This document shows, in pieces, positions 35,565 to 43,136 of a stretch of DNA of 64,000 bases. The notes under the pieces are model-generated. The model was given only the letters and a program-made list of their open reading frames with translations. It was not told where the DNA came from and searched no databases. Both the position numbers and the translations under genes were made by a program. Position 1 is the stretch's first letter; each line of letters begins with the position of its first letter. The DNA comes from Verrucomicrobiia bacterium (GTDB taxonomy: Bacteria > Chloroflexota > Dormibacteria > Dormibacterales > Dormibacteraceae): positions 694-64,693 of the forward strand of contig DASPXA010000053.1 of assembly GCA_035637495.1 (NCBI GenBank), written 5' to 3'.

Positions 35565-37007
35565 TCATGCCTCCACCAGCGCGGCGCGCTCGGCCGGCTT
35601 GAAGATCGACTCCGGCAGGGCCTCACCCCGCTCCGCAAGGTGCTCGAGGTGCACCGACCTCTTGCCCGTGGCCGTGTAAAACCCGACGGCGTTGCCTTCA
35701 ACGTCGGTCCCCGTGAGCTGGAAGCGGAAGAGCTCCTGCTGCTGCGTCTCGCCGCTGGTGATGCCTGTCACCTCGGCGATGCTCACGAGCTTGCGGGCTC
35801 CACCGCGCACACGCTCGACCTGGACGATGACATCGATGGCGGACGCGATCTGCTTCTGGATCGCCCGCGCGGGAAGGTCGGCGCCGGCCATCAGAACCAT
35901 CGTCTCGAGCCGGCTGAACGCGTCGTACGGAGAGTTGGCGTGGACCGTGCTCATCGAGCCTTCGTGCCCGGTGTTCATCGCCTGGAGCATGTCTAGAGCC
36001 TCCCCGCCGCGGCACTCGCCGACGATGATCCGGTCGGGCCGCATGCGGAGGGCGTTGCGGACCAGGTCCCGGATCTCGATCGCTCCCTTGCCCTCGACGT
36101 TGGGCGGCCGGGATTCGAGGCGGATGACATGCTCCTGGCGGAGCTGCAGCTCGGCTGCGTCCTCCACCGTCACGATCCGCTCCTCGGGCGGGATGAAGCT
36201 CGAGAGGATGTTGAGCAGCGTGGTCTTGCCGGACGAGGTGCCGCCCGAGACCAGGATCGTCAGGCGGGCGCGCACCGCGGCGCGTAGGAACTGGACCATC
36301 TCTGGCGTCGCGCTGCCGATCGTCAGCAGGTCCTCGGGCCTCATCTTGTCCTTGGAGAACTTGCGGATGGTCATGCAAGGACCGTCGAGTGCAAGCGGCG
36401 GAAGCACCACGTTGACGCGCGAGCCGTCCCGGAGTCGTGCGTCGCACATCGGCGAGCTTTCGTCTACGCGCCGACCGACGGTGCTTACGATCCGGTCGAT
36501 CACCTGCCGCAACTGACCCGCGTTCTCGAAGACGATCGGGCTGAGGCTCACCCGGCCCCGCCGCTCGACGTAGATCTGATGAGGGTGGTTGATCATGATC
36601 TCGGTGATCGCCGGGTCCTCGAGCAGCTGCTGTAGCGGACCAAGGCCCAGCACGTCGTCAAGCAGCGAGTCGACCAGGTGTCCGTAATCGAGGCGGTTGA
36701 GAGTCGCGCCTGACGTCCGGATGTAATCGTCGGTAAGGATTTCGATGCGCTTGCGTACGCCCGGACGGTCCGTGATGTCGACCTCGTCAGCGTGCATTTC
36801 AATGAGCTGCGTGTAGATGGCCGTCTTCGCGGCCGCGAAGGCCGGCGACGGTCCTGCCGGCTTGCTCACGGCCGGCTTTGGTGCGGGAACCGGCTCGGCC
36901 ACGGGCTCGGGGCGAGTGCCTTCGAGCACGCTGAGGCCGCCCTCATCCAGCTGCCTGCCGTCACCCTGCTTGCGGGCCTGGAGCCTGTCTTTTAGTGCCA
37001 TAGCCAC
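35565..37007 (-). CDS. CpaF/TadA-family secretion ATPase (long paralog, 480 aa)
   Basis: ...ILVSGGTSSGKTTLLN..., ...IVGECRGGEALDMLQAMNTGHEGSMSTVHAN... Pro/Ala-rich N-terminal extension. Confidence 0.9.
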   Translation of the reverse strand: MAMALKDRLQARKQGDGRQLDEGGLSVLEGTRPEPVAEPVPAPKPAVSKPAGPSPAFAAAKTAIYTQLIEMHADEVDITDRPGVRKRIEILTDDYIRTSGATLNRLDYGHLVDSLLDDVLGLGPLQQLLEDPAITEIMINHPHQIYVERRGRVSLSPIVFENAGQLRQVIDRIVSTVGRRVDESSPMCDARLRDGSRVNVVLPPLALDGPCMTIRKFSKDKMRPEDLLTIGSATPEMVQFLRAAVRARLTILVSGGTSSGKTTLLNILSSFIPPEERIVTVEDAAELQLRQEHVIRLESRPPNVEGKGAIEIRDLVRNALRMRPDRIIVGECRGGEALDMLQAMNTGHEGSMSTVHANSPYDAFSRLETMVLMAGADLPARAIQKQIASAIDVIVQVERVRGGARKLVSIAEVTGITSGETQQQELFRFQLTGTDVEGNAVGFYTATGKRSVHLEHLAERGEALPESIFKPAERAALVEA

Positions 37008-37870
37008 CGCGCATCGCGCCTAACCATCAGATTGCCCAGGCGGCGGAGCGACCGCCTCGCCACCCTGCGCACGCGCAGGTCTGGGTCCTGGAGGAGCATC
37101 TCGATCTGGTCGAACGACGACTCGGCGTGCAGCACGGTCAGCGATTTGATCGCCGAGATCCGCACCCGCCAGTCGCGGTCGTACAGGGCCGTGCTCACCG
37201 CGGGGATCGCCGACGCGGCGTTGATCCAGCCGAGCGCTCGGCAGCAGATCACGCGCTGGCGATGCGTGCCTGAGCCGAGAAGCGCAACGAGCGGACCGAT
37301 CGCGGTGCGACGGCGGCGGAGCCCGGCCGCGATCGCGACCGCGCCCAGCGCTCCGGGACGCCGGTCGCTGCACAGAGCGGTCTCGACAAAAAGGTCCGGG
37401 GCCGCCTGGGCGAGGGCGAGGATGAACACGCGGCGCGGTCCGCTGCGCTGCACGGCCCCAAGCAGCGCATCCGCGGCCTGCGTCCCGCCGATCCTGCCCA
37501 GCGCCCTTGCCGCCGATCCGGAAACTCGAGCGTCTTTGGCGCGCAGAAGTGGCGTCAGCCACGGCACGACGCTCTCCATTCGCAGAGAGCCGGCCGTCCG
37601 GCAGCAGCGGATGCGGCGGTCCACGTTGCGTGCGGACAGGCCGTCGATCACCGCGTTCATCGAGCCGTTCTTGTGGAAGGCGGTCACCAACCGCCGCAGC
37701 TCGATGCTGGTCATCTTCATGCGTGCGGTTGCCTGCGCCAGCACGAGCGCAGCGTCGAACCCAGTGGCGTCGAGGTCGAAATGAAGGCGCGTGCCGTGAC
37801 CCGCCGCAATCTCGTGCAGCTCACGCTTCAGCGCGTTGCGCCGAATGCTTCCCCGCGCGTGGTCGATCAT
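36992..37870 (-). CDS. HEAT-repeat (PBS-lyase type) protein
   Basis: 292 aa. Repeated ...AARALGRIGGTQAADALL... and ...VRISAIKSL... HEAT-like units. Overlaps the CpaF start (16 nt) and the CpaE stop (4 nt). Confidence 0.7.
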   Translation of the reverse strand: MIDHARGSIRRNALKRELHEIAAGHGTRLHFDLDATGFDAALVLAQATARMKMTSIELRRLVTAFHKNGSMNAVIDGLSARNVDRRIRCCRTAGSLRMESVVPWLTPLLRAKDARVSGSAARALGRIGGTQAADALLGAVQRSGPRRVFILALAQAAPDLFVETALCSDRRPGALGAVAIAAGLRRRRTAIGPLVALLGSGTHRQRVICCRALGWINAASAIPAVSTALYDRDWRVRISAIKSLTVLHAESSFDQIEMLLQDPDLRVRRVARRSLRRLGNLMVRRDARWLWH

Positions 37871-39282
37871 GTCGTGCTCGCGTCGGCATGCTTCGCCACG
37901 CCAACCACGCTCCGGTTGTGGACGCGGTCGATCAGGGCCGCCAGTGCGTTCGACCCCCTTGTGACCTCGCTCTTAGGATCGGTCACGCTGAGGATCGCGC
38001 CGTCCAGCGCAGCCTGCTCCGGCTTGATGCCGTCGAACGCCACTTCGACGTCGACGGCACGCTTCAGCTTTCGAAGGACTGCGTCGCGAGTCACGGCCGG
38101 CTTCGCGGTTCGGTTGTTGAGCACCACGCTGAGCCGGTCGTCCGGCGTGCCGATCTGGAGCAGGATGTCAATCGCGTCGGCGGCGCTCTTGAGCGCAGAG
38201 AGCTCGGGTGCGACGACCAGGACCATGTGCTGGGTGAGGTCGAGCAGGGCCAGGGTCGAGTCCGAGATCGTGACCCCGAGGTCGACGACGATGTACCGAA
38301 ACGTCCTGCGGAGCACGCTGATCGCCCGGTTGATCAGCTCCGGCGTGACCTCATCGCCCTCCTCGGGCTTGAGCGCGCCGGGAAGGATCATGGGCCCACC
38401 CGAGTGATAGAGGACGGCGCTGAGCAGGACCTCCTCGAACGCATCTGCCGGCACCTCCGACATCCGCGCCAGGCACGTCGTCGGGATCAAGCCCGCCAGC
38501 AACGCGGCGTGGGAGTACGGAAAGTCGAGGTCGAGGAGCAGGACCTGACCGGGGTATGCACGCGAGAGCGAACCGACCAGGTTGAGGGCGATGCACGTAC
38601 CGCCAGATCCGCCCTTGGGCGAGTAGACACCGACGACGGTCGCCTCGCGAAGCAGCATTCCCCACGTCGCCTGCGTCGCCGTGTCCGCGAAAGCCTTGAA
38701 GCGGTGGTCCGCGACCTTTCGGAGCTCCTCCAGCGCCGCGCGGTCCCTTCCCCCGAGAACGGCGGCGAGGTTCTGGCGGTCGAGCGCGAGCAGGATGCAC
38801 TCGGTCTGGGCGTACACCGACGCCTGCTGCGGCCTGTTCAGCACGCAGGCCGCGTCGCCGAAGAAGTCGCCCTCCGACAGCACGGCCACGGTGACCTCGG
38901 TCGGAGGCTTCTCGACCACGAGCCGGCACCGGCCGCGCTCGATGAAGAAGATGGTGTCGCCAGGCTCGCCCTGGTAGAGAACCATCTCGCCCGCGCCGAT
39001 GCGGATCCGGCGCACCCGCCTGGCGACGGAGCGAAGCGTGCTCTCCGACAGGGTGAAGAAGACCGGGGCGCGCTGCAGCACGGCGAGCCTGGCCACCATG
39101 TCCTCATACGAAGGCCAGCCGTTGTCGGGCCGCCTCTGCAGCACGGGCTCACGGAGTACCGGCCCGGCCGATGCGAGCACGGGCCGTCCCGGCTCCGGCA
39201 CCGGTACCTCCTCGCCGTGCACCTGCGGCCTCATGAAAGCCTCCCCTGCCATCTGGTCGATCAGGCCCTCGTGAATCCCCAT
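37867..39282 (-). CDS. fusion of a cyclic-nucleotide-binding (CAP effector-type) domain with a CpaE/TadZ-like ParA/MinD-family ATPase
   Basis: N-terminal ...IRIGAGEMVLYQGEPGDTIFFIERGRCRLVV...LSEGDFFGDAACVLNRPQQASVYAQTECILLAL..., a cNMP-binding beta-barrel. C-terminal ...VGVYSPKGGSGGTCIALNLVGSL..., a deviant Walker A of CpaE/TadZ. The true start may be an internal M (39252, 39234 or 39099). Confidence 0.8.
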   Translation of the reverse strand: MGIHEGLIDQMAGEAFMRPQVHGEEVPVPEPGRPVLASAGPVLREPVLQRRPDNGWPSYEDMVARLAVLQRAPVFFTLSESTLRSVARRVRRIRIGAGEMVLYQGEPGDTIFFIERGRCRLVVEKPPTEVTVAVLSEGDFFGDAACVLNRPQQASVYAQTECILLALDRQNLAAVLGGRDRAALEELRKVADHRFKAFADTATQATWGMLLREATVVGVYSPKGGSGGTCIALNLVGSLSRAYPGQVLLLDLDFPYSHAALLAGLIPTTCLARMSEVPADAFEEVLLSAVLYHSGGPMILPGALKPEEGDEVTPELINRAISVLRRTFRYIVVDLGVTISDSTLALLDLTQHMVLVVAPELSALKSAADAIDILLQIGTPDDRLSVVLNNRTAKPAVTRDAVLRKLKRAVDVEVAFDGIKPEQAALDGAILSVTDPKSEVTRGSNALAALIDRVHNRSVVGVAKHADASTT

Positions 39283-40076
39283 CGGACATCGACCAGGGCC
39301 GCCCCGATCGCGATCGGCGCCTCCAGGGTTGAAGGGCAGGTCGGATCGGGCGCTGTGACCGGCGCTCCGTAGTCCTTCTGCGAGATCAGCGCGTACTTAA
39401 CGGTCCCCACCGTGAGCAGCCAGTTGAGGTACTGGGCGTCGCACAGGGTGAGCAGCACCGTGACGCTCGAAGACACGCCCTGCGGCTGGCCCTGCTTCGG
39501 CAGAGTCGAGGCCGGACCGACCCTGATGATGTAGACGTGGGTGAACACGGTGCGGGTCACAAACCCGTCGTACTGCTTGCCGAACAGGTTCTTATTGAGC
39601 GTCGCGATGATGTCCAGGTAATCGCCCTGCGCGGGGTAACCGGCAACGCCCATTTGCTCGCTGGTCGGCAGGCTCATGGCGAGGTATCCCTTGGGAATCG
39701 GCAGGAACGCGTCGACCAGCCCGGTGATGTCGTCAGGGTTGGAGGTGACCAGGTTGCGAGTGATCACCTCCCCCTTGTAGATGGGCACCACCGAGTGGTA
39801 GCCCTTGAGGTCGGCCACGGTCACGAACCCGATCGCGGCCATGGAGGACGGCCCCCAACCCATCGTGATCATGCTGTCGCTGATCGCCTGTCGGGGGTCG
39901 ATGTCTTGTGTGGTGACGACGAGGCGAGCCTGTCCCGCGTTCCCGACGCCGCGGCTGAAGATCAGCCCGAATGCGAACATGGCGAGAAACGCGAGCAGCG
40001 CAAGCGCGACGCCAAGGACGAACAGGGGGGTCCGGATCGTCGTGTTGCCGGGCCGCGCTTGACCGATAGCTGCCAT
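39261..40076 (-). CDS. CpaB/RcpC-family Flp pilus assembly protein
   Basis: Start MAAIGQARPGNTTIRTPLFVLGVALALLAFLAMF..., an N-terminal TM followed by a SAF-like periplasmic domain. Confidence 0.8.
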   Translation of the reverse strand: MAAIGQARPGNTTIRTPLFVLGVALALLAFLAMFAFGLIFSRGVGNAGQARLVVTTQDIDPRQAISDSMITMGWGPSSMAAIGFVTVADLKGYHSVVPIYKGEVITRNLVTSNPDDITGLVDAFLPIPKGYLAMSLPTSEQMGVAGYPAQGDYLDIIATLNKNLFGKQYDGFVTRTVFTHVYIIRVGPASTLPKQGQPQGVSSSVTVLLTLCDAQYLNWLLTVGTVKYALISQKDYGAPVTAPDPTCPSTLEAPIAIGAALVDVRWGFTRA

Positions 40077-40080
40077 TAGT

Positions 40081-40641
40081 TCAGGCCTCCTTAAGTTGAC
40101 GTCTGACGGAAGCCACCCAGCGGGTTCCGTCCCAGTACTCGCCCGGCTCCGTGGGAGGCTCGGGCCCCATCGCAAAGTAGGTGACACGCCTCAGCACGAG
40201 GCATCCGGCGAAAAGGTCATGGAGCGCTTGCTTTCTCGGCGTGAAGGCGGTGAGCAGATAGCCCGTCCCGAGCAGCAGGCTCGACAAGAGCTTCAGCGAG
40301 TACCTCGCGCTCGCTCGGTAGAAGGTGATCGGATCGCCTTGCAGGTCGGCGACGAACAGGTTGAGCGCGAGCTTGCCCAGCGTTCCACGCGCCGGCGAGC
40401 TCTCCATCAGCGCGAAGTAGGCCCACGCGATCAGAGAGGAGACAGGCGCGATGTTCACGACAGTCTTGATGTCGCCGTCGGAGGCCGCGACCACGATGGC
40501 GGTGATCGCCCCCTGCACGCCGACAATGACGACCAGGTCGATCAGGTAGGCAAGGACCCGCCGCCAGAATCCCGCGTACCTGATCTCGGTCTTCCGGACG
40601 GGCGTGGCAAACGGCGCCGAGGGTGCCTGGATCACGGGCAC
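40081..40641 (-). CDS. RDD-family membrane protein
   Basis: GTG start. ...YAGFWRRVLAYLIDLVVIV... RDD motif. 3 TM helices. Confidence 0.8.
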   Translation of the reverse strand: MPVIQAPSAPFATPVRKTEIRYAGFWRRVLAYLIDLVVIVGVQGAITAIVVAASDGDIKTVVNIAPVSSLIAWAYFALMESSPARGTLGKLALNLFVADLQGDPITFYRASARYSLKLLSSLLLGTGYLLTAFTPRKQALHDLFAGCLVLRRVTYFAMGPEPPTEPGEYWDGTRWVASVRRQLKEA

Positions 40642-40861
40642 ACCCGAAATCGATCTTGAGTTGAGTCACGAAGCGCGGGACTGTGCAGGTGCGGCCCTCC
40701 TTCCCTCCCGTGGGGTGATTGAGCCACCTTAGGAACGGCGCTTAATGCCCACAAGGTGACATTCGTCCCCGCGGTTTAGCGGCGCGGACGCGACCTAGGA
40801 CGGATGACCCATTACCTATGCCGCCCGGGTCCTTAAGGCGCGGGCGCTCAGTGGATTAAGG

Positions 40862-40894
40862 GGCTTGAAAAGGAAGGGGCGGCCTCACCGCCCC
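40862..40894 (-). terminator. Rho-independent terminator of the flotillin gene
   Basis: Minus strand: GGGGCGG-UGAGG-CCGCCCC followed by UUCCUUUUCAAG. The stop codon lies in the loop. Confidence 0.7.
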
Positions 40895-42849
40895 TCCTCC
40901 TGCGCTTCGGCGCTGTGGCCGTTGGCATTCAGGTTCCGCATGAACGTGGCGGCCAGCCCCTCGAGGGCGCTCCCGCCCCCGGTCACCAGCACCTCCGGCA
41001 TGACGTCGAGCTTGCCCTCCGACAGGGCGTTGGCGATCGCCACCGCCGCCGTCGGCGTCGAGCCGAGGCTTGCGACCTGGGCCTGGTAACCCTTCGCCTT
41101 GGCGAGGCCGAACGCCTCGACGGCCGCCGCTTCCCCAAGGCCGATCGCCCGCCGGCGCGAGCCCTCCGCCTCGCCGGTGACACGGACGTAGGCCGCTTCG
41201 CCGTCCGCCTCCGCCTTGCGGGCGTTGGCGCCGGCGCGGTTGATGTCCACCGACACCTGGGCCTTGGCCAGCTCCGCCTGCATGTCGGCGGTGCCGCGTG
41301 CCTTCTCGAGGTCGATGCGAACCGTCTGCGCGTCCTTCTGCTCCTCGAAGGTGGCCTTCTCCTGGTTCGCGATCTCGCGCCGCGTGAGCACGGCCACGAG
41401 CTCCTGCGGGAACGTCACGTCCTGGATGTAAACGCCGCGCGTCTCGACCTCGTACGCGCCGAGGTAGCGTGAGATGGCCTCCAGCGCGGCGGCCTGCACC
41501 TGGTCGCGCGTCTCGATGAAGCGAACGGCCTCCAGGCCCTGCAGCGTGTTGCGGAAGTGGTTGCCCACCGCCGCCTGCAGCACCTCGTTGACCAGGTTTT
41601 GCATCGAGCCGACCATCGAGATGACCTTCGGCGCCTTGGTGTCGGGCACGTGGATCTGGACCTGCAGGTCGATCTTGAAGATGAACCCTTCGCGGCTCTT
41701 GCCCTCGATCGGGCTCAGCTGTGCGTCCAGGTTGTGCGCGACCGAGTTCGCCTCCGCCCAGTTCAGGGTGAGGATGAACGTCGGCACCTTCTCGGCCGCA
41801 TAGATCCGCGGGTTCAGCGGGTACTTGCCGGTGCGCAGCGCCTCTCGCCAGATCCCGCGGTGGCCTGGCTGCACGATCGAGCCGAACTTGAACTCGGGAC
41901 CCGACGTGTCGAGCGTGGGCAGGCCGACGTAGGCCTTGATCACCGCGACCTCGCCCTGGTTCACGACCAGCATCGGCGCCGGCTCGACTCGAACCAGGAA
42001 CGGGTTCAGAAGGTAGGCGCCGTAAAGCAGCGGGTCGTGCTGCAGGCCGATCCGTCCGCCCCTGTCGAGGAAGGCCTGGAAGTCCTGGTAGTTGTTGTGC
42101 AGCTCGTTCTTCTTGCCCAGCAGGGCCTCGATCAGCTCCGAGTCCGAGATGTTCGGCTGCGACTCCATCGCCTCTATGTCGCTGAAGCCCCCGATCCGGC
42201 ATGCGATGTCTGCGGGGCCGAGTGGCTCGCCCTCGAGGGTGGTCACGATGCCGACTACGTCCTTATCGCCGTTGGGCGCGATCACGGTCACCCGGAACTG
42301 GTCTGGGCTCAGCCCGAACGAAGCAGGTGACAGCGGGCCCTTGGCCACGAGCTGACGGTCGACGGGCAGGCCGTACGCCTTGGTCGCCGTGACCACGAGG
42401 AAGGCGACCGGGTGGATCGGCGCAAGCGTGCCTGGCGGCAGCACTGGACGCTGGACGCCCTTCCGGCCCTTGCCGGCCACGAACGCATCGAGGTCGGTGA
42501 AGCCGCCGAACTCAGACCGGTACGCCGCCGACTTGGCGCCGGTCGGAAGCGGCTCGCCGATCTGCGAGATGACGACACCGATCTCTCCCGCCGGGACCTG
42601 GACCCACGGGTAGCGCATCACAACGTACGTCGGCCAGAGCTTGAAGCGCACACCGGGCATGAGCAGCTCGGCCTGGTAGCCGGCTTCGCCCGAGAATGCG
42701 ATGGGCGTGTCGGTGGTGTTGTGACTGCGCGACAGCCGCTTCACGACCAGTCCGATCTCGGCCGGGCCGATCACCACGATCGAGCGCCAGATGACATACA
42801 TTGCGAGCGCAGCCGAAAACACGAGGAGGGACTGCAGCAGAACACTCAT
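40885..42849 (-). CDS. flotillin-like SPFH/Band-7 domain protein
   Basis: 654 aa. N-terminal TM, SPFH domain, flotillin-type coiled-coil/EA-rich C-terminus. Confidence 0.85.
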   Translation of the reverse strand: MSVLLQSLLVFSAALAMYVIWRSIVVIGPAEIGLVVKRLSRSHNTTDTPIAFSGEAGYQAELLMPGVRFKLWPTYVVMRYPWVQVPAGEIGVVISQIGEPLPTGAKSAAYRSEFGGFTDLDAFVAGKGRKGVQRPVLPPGTLAPIHPVAFLVVTATKAYGLPVDRQLVAKGPLSPASFGLSPDQFRVTVIAPNGDKDVVGIVTTLEGEPLGPADIACRIGGFSDIEAMESQPNISDSELIEALLGKKNELHNNYQDFQAFLDRGGRIGLQHDPLLYGAYLLNPFLVRVEPAPMLVVNQGEVAVIKAYVGLPTLDTSGPEFKFGSIVQPGHRGIWREALRTGKYPLNPRIYAAEKVPTFILTLNWAEANSVAHNLDAQLSPIEGKSREGFIFKIDLQVQIHVPDTKAPKVISMVGSMQNLVNEVLQAAVGNHFRNTLQGLEAVRFIETRDQVQAAALEAISRYLGAYEVETRGVYIQDVTFPQELVAVLTRREIANQEKATFEEQKDAQTVRIDLEKARGTADMQAELAKAQVSVDINRAGANARKAEADGEAAYVRVTGEAEGSRRRAIGLGEAAAVEAFGLAKAKGYQAQVASLGSTPTAAVAIANALSEGKLDVMPEVLVTGGGSALEGLAATFMRNLNANGHSAEAQEEGR

Positions 42850-43136
42850 TTGTGCCTGCCTCCGAGGGCGCGAACCTTGCCCTTGATCTAGGCTCGCCCC
42901 AACTGCGGGCGATTAAAGAATTACTTACCCAGTTCAGCCCAAAACATGCGCAAGGTTTCGCTTTTTTTTGGTTGATCTTGCGATTGGAAACCCACGAACA
43001 ATTCCACGCACGCGCAGAAGTTAGGCTTGCCAACGGTTTCCTAATTCTTACAAGCGACGCTGCGGATTCCGATTGAAGATCCGGACGAGCTGTCTGGGCA
43101 AGTTTTCTGGCGTGCCTCGCGAATCTTGCGGTGAGC

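Noticed and set aside
37507-39372. 621-aa plus ORF
   Set aside because: Antisense to the cNMP::CpaE gene. Arg/Gly-rich composition typical of GC-rich wrong-strand frames.
40217-40669. 150-aa minus ORF starting upstream of the RDD gene
   Set aside because: An alternative frame overlapping the RDD gene. Its GTG lies 17 nt from the SD-like block, and the translation is Arg/Pro-rich with no hydrophobic segments, so it is not a pilin.
40642-40884. c-di-GMP (GEMM) riboswitch upstream of the Tad operon
   Set aside because: Considered because GEMM elements often precede pilus genes. The conserved GEMM helices, GNRA tetraloop and receptor elements were not recognisable by eye. Left as an unspecified leader (see findings).
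42955-42975. T8 run (CGCTTTTTTTTGG) in the flotillin-WGR intergenic region as a terminator
   Set aside because: No convincing upstream stem-loop, and no plus-strand gene ends nearby. More likely part of an AT-richer promoter region.
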